Below, one piece after another: positions 6,158 to 16,345 of a stretch of DNA of 64,000 nucleotides. Under the pieces are notes generated by a model, which was not told the origin of the DNA, did no database searches, and saw only the letters and a program-made list of their open reading frames with translations. The position numbers and the translations under genes were made by a program. Source of the DNA: Roseburia sp. (GTDB taxonomy: Bacteria; Bacillota; Clostridia; Lachnospirales; Lachnospiraceae); assembly GCA_045531555.1 (NCBI GenBank), contig JAZSEF010000027.1:20946-84945 (forward strand), written 5' to 3'. The stretch's first letter is position 1. Every line of letters begins with the position of its first letter.

Positions 6158-8818
6158 TTACTGTAACATACCCTCTAAAGCTACTTTTGCTTCTGCGATC
6201 GCATCTGGAATACCTGCCGGGTTCTTACCGCCAGCCTGTGCCATGTTCGGACGACCACCGCCGCCACCGCCTACTTTACCTGCGATAGCTTTGATTAAGT
6301 TACCTGCATGCGCGCCCTGTTTCATTGCTGCGTCTGTAGCCATTACTACTAAGTTTACTTTTCCGTCAGCTGCAGATGCTAATACGATAACACCTTCACC
6401 TAACTTGTCCTTTAACTGATCGCCGAGATCACGTAAACCGTTCATATCAACACCATCAACAGATGTAGCAAGGAGTTTCACACCTTTTACTTCTACTACC
6501 TGATCCATTACGTCGCCAAGTGCTTCTTTGGCAGCTTTGCTCTTTAAGGATTCAACTTCACTGTTAAGGGCTTTGATTTCAGCCATCATATGTTCAATCT
6601 TCTCAACTAAGTTCGCTGGGTTTGCTTTTGCAGCTTTTGCAGCTTCTTCTAACTGAGTCTCGATATTCTTATAGTAAGCAAATACATTGTCGCCGGTTAA
6701 TGCTTCAATACGACGAACACCTGCTGCTACACCGCTTTCAGATAAAATCTTGAATGCTACGATATCACCTGTATTCTTAACATGTGTACCACCACAAAGT
6801 TCCTTAGAGAAATCTCCCATAGAAACTACGCGAACTTCTTCGCCGTACTTCTCACCAAATAATGCCATAGCGCCTGACTTTTTCGCATCATCTGCTGTCA
6901 TAACTTCTGTTACAACCGGAATACTCTCTGCAATCTTAGCGTTGACAATTGCTTCAACTTTTGCAAGTTCTTCTGCTGTTAAAGCCGCAAAGTGAGAGAA
7001 GTCGAAACGTGTTCTGTCTGCATCCTGGAAAGAACCTGCCTGCTCAACGTGTGTACCAAGTACTTCACGCAATGCTTTCTGTAATAAATGAGTTGCTGAA
7101 TGATTCTTGCATGTCTTTGCTCTTAAAGCAGCATCTACTGTTAAAGTAACTTCGTCGCCAGCTTTAATCATGCCGCTAACCATCTTACCAACGTGACCAA
7201 CTCTGCCACCTTTTAATTTAATGGTATCTTCTACCTTAAATTCGCCTTCGGCTGTCTTTATGATACCTTTATCACCCTGCTGTCCGCCCATAGTAGCGTA
7301 AAATGGTGTAGTATCCACAATAATTGTACCGATTTCGCCATCAGATAATGCTTCAACGATTTCAGACTCTGTTGTAAGTACAGAAACCTTAGAGGTAAGC
7401 TCTATCTTATCATAACCATCAAATACAGATGTGATAGCCGGATCAATTTCATCATAAACAGTTGCATCTGCACCCATGTAGTTTGTTACTTTACGGGCTT
7501 TACGGGCTGTTGTTCTCTGAACTTCCATCGCTTTCTTGAAACCTTCTTCATCGATTGTGAAGCCTTTTTCGCCCATGATTTCTGCAGTTAAGTCCATTGG
7601 GAATCCGTAAGTATCATAAAGTTTGAATGCATTCTCACCGGATAATACTTTCTCACCTTTAGCCTGCATATCTTCTTCCATCTCTGCTAAGATTGCAAGA
7701 CCCTGGTCAATTGTCTTATTGAACTTCTCTTCTTCCTGTGTAAGTACTTTTAAGATGAAGTCTTTCTTCTCTTCTAATTCCGGATAACCATCTTTGCTTT
7801 CTGCAATAACAGTTAACGCTAATTTCGCCATGAATGTACCATCAATGCCTAACATTCTGCCGTGACGTGCTGCACGACGGATGATACGACGAAGTACATA
7901 GCCACGTCCTTCGTTCGATGGCATAATACCATCAGATACCATGAATGTAGAAGAACGGATATGGTCTGTAATCAAACGAATAGAAATGTCGTCTGTCGCA
8001 TCTGTCTGATATGTCTTACCAGATAATTCACATACTTTATCACGGATTGCTTTCATTGTATCGATATCGAATACGGAATCCACGTCCTGAATAACCGCTG
8101 TAAGACGCTCTAAGCCCATACCTGTATCAATATTCTTATTAGCAAGTTCTTCATAATTACCCTTGCCATCACCATTAAACTGTGTAAATACATTATTCCA
8201 TACTTCCATGAAACGGTCACAGTCACAGCCTACCTTACAATCCGGTTTGCCACAGCCATATTTTTCTCCACGGTCGTAGTAGATTTCTGAACATGGACCA
8301 CATGGACCTGCACCATGCTCCCAGAAGTTATCACATTCGCCTGTTACCGGGTCACGATAGAATCTTGTGATTTTCTCTGCCGGAACACCCACCTTCTTAG
8401 TCCAGATTTCGAATGCTTCATCATCTTCTCCATAGATAGATGGATAGAGTCTGTCTTCTTCCATACCAAGTACTTTTGTAAGGAATTCCCAAGACCATTC
8501 GATTGCTTCTTCTTTGAAATAATCACCAAATGAGAAGTTTCCTAACATTTCGAAGAATGTTAAGTGTCTTGCTGTCTTACCTACATTTTCAATATCACCT
8601 GTACGGATACATTTCTGACAGGTAGTTACACGTCTGCGTGGTGGAATCTCCTGTCCTGTAAAATATGGCTTAAGTGGTGCCATACCTGCATTAATTAAAA
8701 GTAAGCTGTTATCATTGTGTGGAACCAATGAAAAGCTGTTCATTTTCAAATGTTCCTTGCTTTCGAAAAATTCAAGGTACATTCTACGTAATTCGTTCTC
8801 GCCGTAAAATTTTGTCAC
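6158..8818 (-). CDS. alaS: Alanine--tRNA ligase
   Basis: NAGMAPLK, QKCIRTGD, FFEMLGNFSFGDYFK, NHSATHLL, ELCGGTH, GGGGGRPNMAQAGG; GTG start at 8818 after GGAGG. Confidence 0.98.
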   Translation of the reverse strand: MTKFYGENELRRMYLEFFESKEHLKMNSFSLVPHNDNSLLLINAGMAPLKPYFTGQEIPPRRRVTTCQKCIRTGDIENVGKTARHLTFFEMLGNFSFGDYFKEEAIEWSWEFLTKVLGMEEDRLYPSIYGEDDEAFEIWTKKVGVPAEKITRFYRDPVTGECDNFWEHGAGPCGPCSEIYYDRGEKYGCGKPDCKVGCDCDRFMEVWNNVFTQFNGDGKGNYEELANKNIDTGMGLERLTAVIQDVDSVFDIDTMKAIRDKVCELSGKTYQTDATDDISIRLITDHIRSSTFMVSDGIMPSNEGRGYVLRRIIRRAARHGRMLGIDGTFMAKLALTVIAESKDGYPELEEKKDFILKVLTQEEEKFNKTIDQGLAILAEMEEDMQAKGEKVLSGENAFKLYDTYGFPMDLTAEIMGEKGFTIDEEGFKKAMEVQRTTARKARKVTNYMGADATVYDEIDPAITSVFDGYDKIELTSKVSVLTTESEIVEALSDGEIGTIIVDTTPFYATMGGQQGDKGIIKTAEGEFKVEDTIKLKGGRVGHVGKMVSGMIKAGDEVTLTVDAALRAKTCKNHSATHLLQKALREVLGTHVEQAGSFQDADRTRFDFSHFAALTAEELAKVEAIVNAKIAESIPVVTEVMTADDAKKSGAMALFGEKYGEEVRVVSMGDFSKELCGGTHVKNTGDIVAFKILSESGVAAGVRRIEALTGDNVFAYYKNIETQLEEAAKAAKANPANLVEKIEHMMAEIKALNSEVESLKSKAAKEALGDVMDQVVEVKGVKLLATSVDGVDMNGLRDLGDQLKDKLGEGVIVLASAADGKVNLVVMATDAAMKQGAHAGNLIKAIAGKVGGGGGGRPNMAQAGGKNPAGIPDAIAEAKVALEGMLQ

Positions 8819-8922
8819 AACTACTTCCTCCAACCTGTATCTTTTTATTGGCAGACTACTCCCTTGTAGTCCTAATATACATTTCATTATTCTGTATTAC
8901 AGACGCTTTATAACTATTACTT

Positions 8923-9051
8923 CTATGATTCTTTATTCTTCGCGTCCTTATTATCACGTAATTTCTTACCGGTAAATACACCCGCTACCGCGACTGCCGC
9001 TAAGATAACCATAATGATAAAATACTGTAAAAATGATGATAAAAATGCCAT
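8923..9051 (-). CDS. Small single-pass membrane protein (42 aa), missing from the ORF track
   Basis: MAFLSSFLQYFIIMVILAAVAVAGVFTGKKLRDNKDAKNKES; GGGAGG SD; hydrophobic stretch then a basic tail. Confidence 0.75.
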   Translation of the reverse strand: MAFLSSFLQYFIIMVILAAVAVAGVFTGKKLRDNKDAKNKES

Positions 9052-9166
9052 AACATTTCCTCCCTTTCTTTTGGAGTTAAAACCTATCATAATTTAAATA
9101 TTATATCGCATAGAATTCCCCTTCGTCAAGTATTCGTACCTCTCAAAAAGGCTTTTCTAAACGATT

Positions 9167-9925
9167 TTATACTTCTCTGAAATCAAATTCCTGATTCTCA
9201 CATGAAATAGGTACTACTTTTGCTGCCAGCTTTGGATTTTTCTGACGTCTGATATATTCCTCAATACCGGAATAATCCCGCCACATATGCATCGGAAATA
9301 CGCATTCCACATCTGTATGTTCCAAAACATAATCCATGGCATTCCACTGATTTTTCCCAAGTCGCGGATCCATCGGAACAAAAGCGATATTGATATCTTT
9401 ATTTGACAATTTCTTAATCTCTGACTGAAATTCTCTTCGCATCTTCCATGTAGTCAAATCATCTGCACCCTCAAATCCCCAATCATTCAAATCTCCTGCA
9501 TGGAAAAAACTTGTACCATTTGTTTGCACATAAAAGGCTACACCCGCGTCTGTAGAACGTAAGGTCTCCACATGAACGCCTCCCTCTATCTCATATTTGG
9601 CACGAAACGTCACATAAGTAATTTTTTTCTTTATCTCAGGATTAATACCGTGTTTTTTCAAGAAATTCGGCGACATCTTACAATCCTTTGACAAAATAAA
9701 ATGTATATTTTCATATTTTTCTGCCAAATGAAGCACATCCATATCAAAATGGTCTGCATGCTTATGACTTGCAAATACATACACCGGAGTATCCGGTTCA
9801 TATTCCGGCAACACACCTTTGAACTGGTAACCATTCACTCTGTCACCTGCAAACCAATCAAAAATCAATACTTTTTCATCTACCTCTACTAAAAAGCAAC
9901 TATGATGTATAAATACTACTTTCAT
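9167..9925 (-). CDS. Metallo-beta-lactamase-fold hydrolase
   Basis: HHSCFLVE, SHKHADH (HxHxDH), FHAGD, PMH motifs. Confidence 0.9.
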   Translation of the reverse strand: MKVVFIHHSCFLVEVDEKVLIFDWFAGDRVNGYQFKGVLPEYEPDTPVYVFASHKHADHFDMDVLHLAEKYENIHFILSKDCKMSPNFLKKHGINPEIKKKITYVTFRAKYEIEGGVHVETLRSTDAGVAFYVQTNGTSFFHAGDLNDWGFEGADDLTTWKMRREFQSEIKKLSNKDINIAFVPMDPRLGKNQWNAMDYVLEHTDVECVFPMHMWRDYSGIEEYIRRQKNPKLAAKVVPISCENQEFDFREV

Positions 9926-9952
9926 ACTACTAATTCCTTAACCAAATAAAAT

Positions 9953-10780
9953 TTATGCAAGTGTTTTAATAACTTCCGCCACTAAACTCTTAAACTCACC
10001 GGATACTCTATCCGCAGTCTCCTGCACTTCTGCATGAGAAAGCGGCACCGGTGAAATACCTGCTGCTAAATTCGTAATGCAAGACATTCCCATGATCCGC
10101 ATGCCCATATGTCTGGCTGCAATCGCTTCACAGGCTGTACTCATACCTACTGCATCTGCACCTAAAGTACGTGCCATTGCTACTTCTTGCGGCGATTCAT
10201 ACTGCGGACCACTAAACTGCATATATGTACCTTCTGCAATTCGAATATCTAAACTTGCTGCTGTCTTACGAATCAACTGCTGCAATTCCAAATCATAAAT
10301 CTGACTCATATCCGGGAAACGCACTCCCAATTCATCAATATTCGGTCCCATAAGCGGAGATGGCACGAGACACGCAATCTGACCAGTCAATAACATTAAT
10401 GTCCCCGGTTTCATACCGAGTTTTACACCGCCTGCGGCGTTGGTCAAAAATAAAATCTCTGCTCCCATCATTTTCATAAGTCGAACCGGAAGTACCACAT
10501 CTGACATTGCATAACCTTCGTAATAATGTACACGTCCCTGCATACATACTACAGGAGTCTCACCCACATAACCAAAAATAAATCTACCTGCATGTCCTGG
10601 AACCGTAGACACTGGAAAACCTTCGATATCATGATAATCTAATGTATCTACTACCTTAATTGTGCTTGCAAAATCTCCTAATCCAGACCCTAAAATCAAC
10701 GCAACCTTAGGTGTGAAATCAATTTTTGCCTTGTAACTTTCGTAACATTTTAATAATTTTTCGTATACCGGATTTGCCAT
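9953..10780 (-). CDS. punA: Purine nucleoside phosphorylase (trimeric type)
   Basis: ILGSGLG, VPGHAG, QGRVHYYEG, TNAAGG, GPQYES, AVGMST motifs; start MANPVY after GAGGAGG. Confidence 0.93.
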   Translation of the reverse strand: MANPVYEKLLKCYESYKAKIDFTPKVALILGSGLGDFASTIKVVDTLDYHDIEGFPVSTVPGHAGRFIFGYVGETPVVCMQGRVHYYEGYAMSDVVLPVRLMKMMGAEILFLTNAAGGVKLGMKPGTLMLLTGQIACLVPSPLMGPNIDELGVRFPDMSQIYDLELQQLIRKTAASLDIRIAEGTYMQFSGPQYESPQEVAMARTLGADAVGMSTACEAIAARHMGMRIMGMSCITNLAAGISPVPLSHAEVQETADRVSGEFKSLVAEVIKTLA

Positions 10781-10797
10781 AATGTCCTCCTCATATT

Positions 10798-11187
10798 TTA
10801 TATCCAATTATCTTCTAATTTCATTTTTAAGGATTCAAACATTTGATAGTATTTCTCTTTGGTATCATAAATAATATCCAATGCCACATCTTTGTTATAA
10901 GCATGTGCCACATTATTTTTCGACACCAATGCCGCTAACCACAACTCTTCATCATCAATCATCGTTGCCTGATATGCAGTCTTAATAATATGCCTTGGTG
11001 AACCAGTCTGTGCACTATCATAACCACTTTGCTCTAATAATTCTTTCATCGCTTTCCAAGACTGTTCAAAACACACTTCAAATAATCCCACAAGTCCTGT
11101 CAATTCTACATTACCAAATGGTTCTTCATAATCATATATATCTTTTAAATTGTTAAAAGCATTACAAAAATTCTCATACTTTTTCAT
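10798..11187 (-). CDS. HEPN-domain protein (HI0074-like nucleotidyltransferase substrate-binding family), toxin-like partner
   Basis: FEVCFEQSWKAMK, GSPRHIIK, KNNVAHAY (Rx4H position); overlaps the MNT gene. Confidence 0.85.
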   Translation of the reverse strand: MKKYENFCNAFNNLKDIYDYEEPFGNVELTGLVGLFEVCFEQSWKAMKELLEQSGYDSAQTGSPRHIIKTAYQATMIDDEELWLAALVSKNNVAHAYNKDVALDIIYDTKEKYYQMFESLKMKLEDNWI

Positions 11188-11464
11188 ATAATAAAATCCC
11201 CTCTTTTTCTATAGATTCCAGCAATTCTTTCTGAACCGAACGTTCCAAATTCACGATATCATATTTTAACAATGTAGATGTTTTCTCATCTACTGCTACC
11301 GAAAACAATTCCACCTGTCCACCTTTTATTGCCAAATCTATATCACTGCGCTCCTTAAAATCCCCTCTCGCCCGTGAGCCGAACAATATCACTTGCTCAA
11401 TATTATACTTCTTTGCTAATTCTTTTATCTCTAAGAGTACCTTCTCCTTGATTCCACAATTCAT
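11174..11464 (-). CDS. Minimal nucleotidyltransferase (MNT) antitoxin-like protein
   Basis: LFGSRARGDFKERSDIDLAI (GSx10DxD), ~96 aa, IEKEGILLYE tail. Confidence 0.9.
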   Translation of the reverse strand: MNCGIKEKVLLEIKELAKKYNIEQVILFGSRARGDFKERSDIDLAIKGGQVELFSVAVDEKTSTLLKYDIVNLERSVQKELLESIEKEGILLYEKV

Positions 11465-11661
11465 TCTATCAAACTCCATCTTCAAAAAATGCACTACTAT
11501 ATATTATAATCGTTTCTTACCTTTTAATCTACCATAAAACAGATATTTCACTCACAATTTTATATAGGTTTTAAATATAATAAAAAAATAAAATCTATAA
11601 TATTTTCCACTAAAGACAACAATCCTTTTCTATAGCTTTCATGTTATCATAAAGTAAATAT

Positions 11662-11745
11662 AAACATAAGAACGTTGCTGTAGAAGGAGTTTCTTTTGCG
11701 TTCTTAGCACAAAGAAACTCCTTCTACGGCAACGTTCTTATGTTT
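11662..11745. repeat. 35-bp near-perfect inverted repeat downstream of spoIVA (terminator-like)
   Basis: 11662-11696 versus 11711-11745: 34/35 complementary, 14-nt loop. Confidence 0.85.
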
Positions 11746-11764
11746 CAATTTCTTTATTAAAAAA

Positions 11765-13273
11765 CTAAATTATAATACACACCATTCCGCCATTATTATC
11801 GTTCACGATTTTCTGCATGGTATCCTGCAATTTCATCTGGCATTCATCATCCATCCTAGAGATTTTACTACGAATGCCATCCTCCATCAATTCCCCAATA
11901 GATTTCCCGAAAATATTCGTATCCCAGACACCTTCACTGCTTTGCTGACCATCCTTTATGTATTGAATTAGGTCATTGGCCTGTTCCTCACTTCCTATAA
12001 TCGGTGCTATTTCCGTCTCAATATTCGCACGAATCATATGAATAGATGGAGAAGTTGCCTTGATTTTCACACCATATTTATTACCATGACGAATCAGTTG
12101 CGGTTCCTCCATCCGAATATCGGTAAGTCCCGGATTCACTACCCCATATCCCTTTGCCTGCACCGCTTCAAAAGCATTCGCTACCTTATCATAAGATTCT
12201 TTTCTTGCCGACATATCCCGAATCAGATTAATCAGCTCATATTCACCAGAAACTGGAATTCCCGTCATTTCACTGATATTTTCGTAATAATATTTTTCTG
12301 CTATCTCCATGCAGATTTTCACACTGCCGGTAGATAAATCCACCTCATCTAATTTCATTTTTGATAAATAAACAGTATCTGAAACCATCCCCTGCCACTC
12401 TAAACCATATACATCACGCATACGGTTAATCCGTGCCAAAATCTTTTTTGCCTGTTCTATAATTTCAGCTTTTACGCGGTGCTCCATCGGAAGCAGTTCT
12501 GTCCATTTTGGTATGTAAAATGCAACCTGTTGAATAGGAAATTCATAGAGAATAGTTTCTAAAATTTTTGTCATATCATCTTTCCGAAGTTGTTCGCAAT
12601 TCACCGGAAGTACCATCGTTTTATATTTTTCACTAAGTTCTGCTGTCAATTGTCTGGTTTCATCACTATAAGGTTTCGTTGTATTAAGCAGGATAATAAA
12701 TGGTTTTCCAATTGCATTTAATTCCTGTATCGTTCGTTCTTCTGCCCTAATATAATTTTCCCTACCCAATTCACCAATACTGCCGTCTGTAGTTACTACG
12801 ATGCCTATAGTTGCATGGTCTTTGATTACTTTTTCCGTACCAATCGCTGCCGCCTCTGAAAAAGGAATTTCGTAATCAAACCATGGTGTCTTCACCATAC
12901 GTTTTTCGTTCCCCTCCATATGACCGACTGCACCATCTACTAAAAATCCCACACAGTCAATCAAACGTACTTTTATCATACCGCCATCTTCTGTCCCTTC
13001 AATCGCAGGCAGTCTAATTTCCGCTGCCTGCTGCGGAATGAATTTCGGTTCTGTAGTCATGATTGTTTTTCCGGCTGCAGCCTGTGGCAATTCGTCCGTA
13101 GCACGTTCTTTTGCCGCAGAATCATTCAAATATGGCAAAACCATCCACTCCATAAAACGCTTGATAAATGTGGATTTTCCTGTTCTGACAGGTCCTACCA
13201 CCCCTATGTAGATTTCCCCGCCGCACCGTTCTCTGATATTTCTGTATAAATCATATTCGTTGTTCCTGTCCAT
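11765..13273 (-). CDS. spoIVA: Stage IV sporulation protein A
   Basis: YIGVVGPVRTGKSTFIKRF, DELPQ, MTTEPKF, RLIDCVG, C-terminal GGMVCIII. Confidence 0.97.
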   Translation of the reverse strand: MDRNNEYDLYRNIRERCGGEIYIGVVGPVRTGKSTFIKRFMEWMVLPYLNDSAAKERATDELPQAAAGKTIMTTEPKFIPQQAAEIRLPAIEGTEDGGMIKVRLIDCVGFLVDGAVGHMEGNEKRMVKTPWFDYEIPFSEAAAIGTEKVIKDHATIGIVVTTDGSIGELGRENYIRAEERTIQELNAIGKPFIILLNTTKPYSDETRQLTAELSEKYKTMVLPVNCEQLRKDDMTKILETILYEFPIQQVAFYIPKWTELLPMEHRVKAEIIEQAKKILARINRMRDVYGLEWQGMVSDTVYLSKMKLDEVDLSTGSVKICMEIAEKYYYENISEMTGIPVSGEYELINLIRDMSARKESYDKVANAFEAVQAKGYGVVNPGLTDIRMEEPQLIRHGNKYGVKIKATSPSIHMIRANIETEIAPIIGSEEQANDLIQYIKDGQQSSEGVWDTNIFGKSIGELMEDGIRSKISRMDDECQMKLQDTMQKIVNDNNGGMVCIII

Positions 13274-13301
13274 AAAAAAACATCCTTTCCATACTTAACA
13301 C

Positions 13302-13330
13302 ATTGTATGAAAAGGATGCACTTCTTAGAC
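13302..13330 (-). promoter_or_regulatory. sigmaE-type promoter of spoIVA
   Basis: Minus strand -10 CATACAAT (13309-13302) with TCTAAG upstream; spoIVA is sigmaE-dependent in studied spore formers. Confidence 0.6.
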
Positions 13331-14263
13331 CATAAAACGCATCTTACCAGGTAAGCAGGTATAAGAAACTTCTGTCACATCTCCTAAATACTCGCCATCC
13401 GTATGTAATGCCATAGGTTTTTTGATTTTGATATCAATACTCTTACAGTCAAACACTTTGAAACCATTGAAATGCTCGTGTGCACCAACTGCTAAAAATG
13501 GCAAGCGGAGTAACGCACCAAACTTCGAAAATTTATATACAAAACAGGTCGAAAGTAATCCATCCTGCACACTTGCTTTGGGAGCCATTGGAACACCGCC
13601 GCCCTCTGCTTTTGCATTCATCGCTGCTGCAAAAATGGTTCTCTTAAAGTTCAATGTATTAGAACCATCTACTTTTACTGCCATGTCTGCAGTCGCCATA
13701 GTAAGTAAAGACTGCACGGTTACAATAAGATAAGATACTTTTCCAAGTCCAAGCTTATTCATGAGCACCTTAACCTTGGACGTTGCCATCTTCTGACATA
13801 CTAACGCATCCATGCCAACACCGGAACTAATCGCATATTTACGCGGTGTTTTACATTCAGGCCACTGTACCATACCTAAATCGATTCGCTCAAAACATTC
13901 CGGACCTTTTTCTACGCACTCTAAAATACGAGCAAGTCGTTCCTGTGGACTTTTCTGAATGCCCAGGTTTCTGGCAAAATCATTGCCGGAACCTGCTGGA
14001 ATCAGCGATATGCGTACTTTCTCAAAGTCCGTAATACCGTTAACTACTTCGTTTAAAGTACCGTCACCGCCCACTACAACGATGCAAATGTCTTCTTCCT
14101 CTTTCTGACTAAGCATTCGCGCAATCTCAGTAGCATGTTCTTTGTACTCGGTCATGTAAACTTTGTACGCAATCTTCTTTTCACGTAATTCCATCTGAAC
14201 CTGACGCCATACACCAACGCCTTTTCCGGTTCGAGCCATCTCATTTGCTATAAAATATAACAT
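13325..14263 (-). CDS. Diacylglycerol/lipid kinase family protein (YegS/BmrU)
   Basis: VVGGDGTLNEVVNG, IPAGSGNDFAR, DGE motifs. Confidence 0.92.
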   Translation of the reverse strand: MLYFIANEMARTGKGVGVWRQVQMELREKKIAYKVYMTEYKEHATEIARMLSQKEEEDICIVVVGGDGTLNEVVNGITDFEKVRISLIPAGSGNDFARNLGIQKSPQERLARILECVEKGPECFERIDLGMVQWPECKTPRKYAISSGVGMDALVCQKMATSKVKVLMNKLGLGKVSYLIVTVQSLLTMATADMAVKVDGSNTLNFKRTIFAAAMNAKAEGGGVPMAPKASVQDGLLSTCFVYKFSKFGALLRLPFLAVGAHEHFNGFKVFDCKSIDIKIKKPMALHTDGEYLGDVTEVSYTCLPGKMRFMV

Positions 14264-14411
14264 ATGTTACCCCTTTATATGTATCATTTTCCGCCATGAT
14301 AATTTTAGCACAAATAATCTTAAAATGAAATAATTAAAATCAAAACTTTACATTTCAAAGCTTTCTGTAAAAAACAGGAGAAGGTTCCACTGGAACTTTC
14401 TCCCATTTTTA

Positions 14412-15428
14412 TTATTCTGATTCTATTACCCTTACACTCTCTCCGGTTAAATATTCAAAAGAAACCAATTCATGAATAGCCTCTTTCTTCAATTCGATTT
14501 GTCCGAATAAAATCTCAACACTTCGTGTTGCTAAAATCTTATACTGCTGTTTTACCGTAGAAAGTTTTGGATTATAATACTCCGCTAAAGTAGTACCATC
14601 AAATCCCACGATAGAAATATCCTCCGGCACCCGATATCCTTTATCACGTAATGCCCGTATAGCACCGATTGCTGTCACATCTGACATCGCAAATACCGCT
14701 GTTAAGTTCGGATATTTTTCAAGCAAACGTCCCATACCCCGATATGCACTATCGAATGAAAATCTTGCCTTTTCAAAACACTTTTCTTTCTCTAATATTC
14801 TTCCATGTGCTTCAAAGCTGGCAATACATCCTTTATATCGCTGACGACTGGTATGTGAATTTTCTAAGTTACCACCTAAAATTCCAATCTCCTTATGTCC
14901 GGCATCAAATAATGCATCTACTGCACACCTTGCTGCTGAAATATCATCCGTCGCCACACTGGACAAATTCTTAAAATTCATAGAATTTGCACGGTTCGTC
15001 ACTAATACACAAGGCACATCCACTGCTGCAAAATCTTTTTCAAAATATTCCGGATTACCACCTAGGAATAACAACCCTAAAGGTTTTCTTTCCCTGCAAA
15101 GAATAATCGCCTGCTCAACCTCGTTATCATCCTCATCTAAATAAGATAAGACCAATGTATAATCTGTTTTAGCAATCATTCTCTGAATTTCTTCCACAAT
15201 ACTCGCAAACAGCATATTTGAAGTACCTCTGACAAGCACACCAATTGACTTCGAATTACTCTGCTTTAAATGTTTTGCATTATTATTCGGCACAAAATGA
15301 AACTTTTCTACCGTTTCTTCAATTTTCTTTTTTGCATCCGGACTTACGTCACTTCTGTTATTCAAAACCCGGGAAACAGTGCTAATAGAATAGCCCGATT
15401 CTCTGGCAATATCTTTTATTGTAACCAT
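14412..15428 (-). CDS. LacI-family transcriptional regulator
   Basis: TIKDIARESGYSISTVSRVLN HTH; VPEDISIVGFD. Confidence 0.96.
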   Translation of the reverse strand: MVTIKDIARESGYSISTVSRVLNNRSDVSPDAKKKIEETVEKFHFVPNNNAKHLKQSNSKSIGVLVRGTSNMLFASIVEEIQRMIAKTDYTLVLSYLDEDDNEVEQAIILCRERKPLGLLFLGGNPEYFEKDFAAVDVPCVLVTNRANSMNFKNLSSVATDDISAARCAVDALFDAGHKEIGILGGNLENSHTSRQRYKGCIASFEAHGRILEKEKCFEKARFSFDSAYRGMGRLLEKYPNLTAVFAMSDVTAIGAIRALRDKGYRVPEDISIVGFDGTTLAEYYNPKLSTVKQQYKILATRSVEILFGQIELKKEAIHELVSFEYLTGESVRVIESE

Positions 15429-15439
15429 ATTGTTTACCT

Positions 15440-16345
15440 TTAACCTTTTACTGCGCCAGCCAAAACACCTTCAATGATATATTTCTGGCATGCAAGGTAA
15501 AATACAACAATCGGAATAATTGCAAGCACGAGCACTGCCATCATAGCACCCCAATCTAACTGTCCATGGCTCTGTTTTAAAAACTGGATAGCAATTGGAA
15601 GGGTTTTATATTTATTAATATTAAGTACTAAACTTGGAAGTAAGTAGTCATTCCAAATCCACATTGCCTGTAAAATAGCAACTGTTACCGTGGTAGGTTT
15701 TAAGATTGGGAAAATAATCATAAAAAATGTCTGTAACGGATTACATCCATCAATCATAGCCGCTTCCTCAATCTCAAGTGAAATACTCTTCACAAAACCG
15801 GTAAACATAAATACCGCCAAACCGGCACCAAATCCAAGGTACACAATAATAATACCTACCGGATTATTCAAACCTAACATATCTGCAAATTTCGCTAATG
15901 TAAACATTACCATCTGGAATGGTACAATCATAGAAAATAAGCATAATGTATAGATTGTTTTTGTTGTCAAATTATGTACACGTGTAATATACCATGCACA
16001 CATGGAAGTACACACAATAATTACAATTACAGATGCTACTGTAATAAATAAAGATGTTCCAAACGCATCAATGAAATTTGTCATTTTGATACCATTTGTA
16101 TAATTCTTCATTCCAAACCATGCTCTGTCAATACCATCTATGAACTTGTCCCAGCCATCTGAGAGTGAATTCGCACTGATTGAGAATGGATTACGGAAAA
16201 TAAATGCTTTTTTCTTAAAAGAGTTCAATAATACTAAAAACAATGGAGAAAGCCAGAGTACACTGATAATTGAAAAAAGTACTGTAAGCAAACCACTGTG
16301 TTTTGAACGTCTAACTGCACTAACCTGTTCATTTGCCTTTGCCAT
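15440..16345 (-). CDS. Carbohydrate ABC transporter permease (MalG-like)
   Basis: EEAAMIDG EAA loop, WNDYL, GAVKG C-terminus. Confidence 0.95.
   Translation of the reverse strand: MAKANEQVSAVRRSKHSGLLTVLFSIISVLWLSPLFLVLLNSFKKKAFIFRNPFSISANSLSDGWDKFIDGIDRAWFGMKNYTNGIKMTNFIDAFGTSLFITVASVIVIIVCTSMCAWYITRVHNLTTKTIYTLCLFSMIVPFQMVMFTLAKFADMLGLNNPVGIIIVYLGFGAGLAVFMFTGFVKSISLEIEEAAMIDGCNPLQTFFMIIFPILKPTTVTVAILQAMWIWNDYLLPSLVLNINKYKTLPIAIQFLKQSHGQLDWGAMMAVLVLAIIPIVVFYLACQKYIIEGVLAGAVKG

Noticed and set aside
8819-9160. T-box upstream of alaS
   Set aside because: No GGTGGNACC T-box motif or antiterminator is seen; the region holds a small ORF instead.
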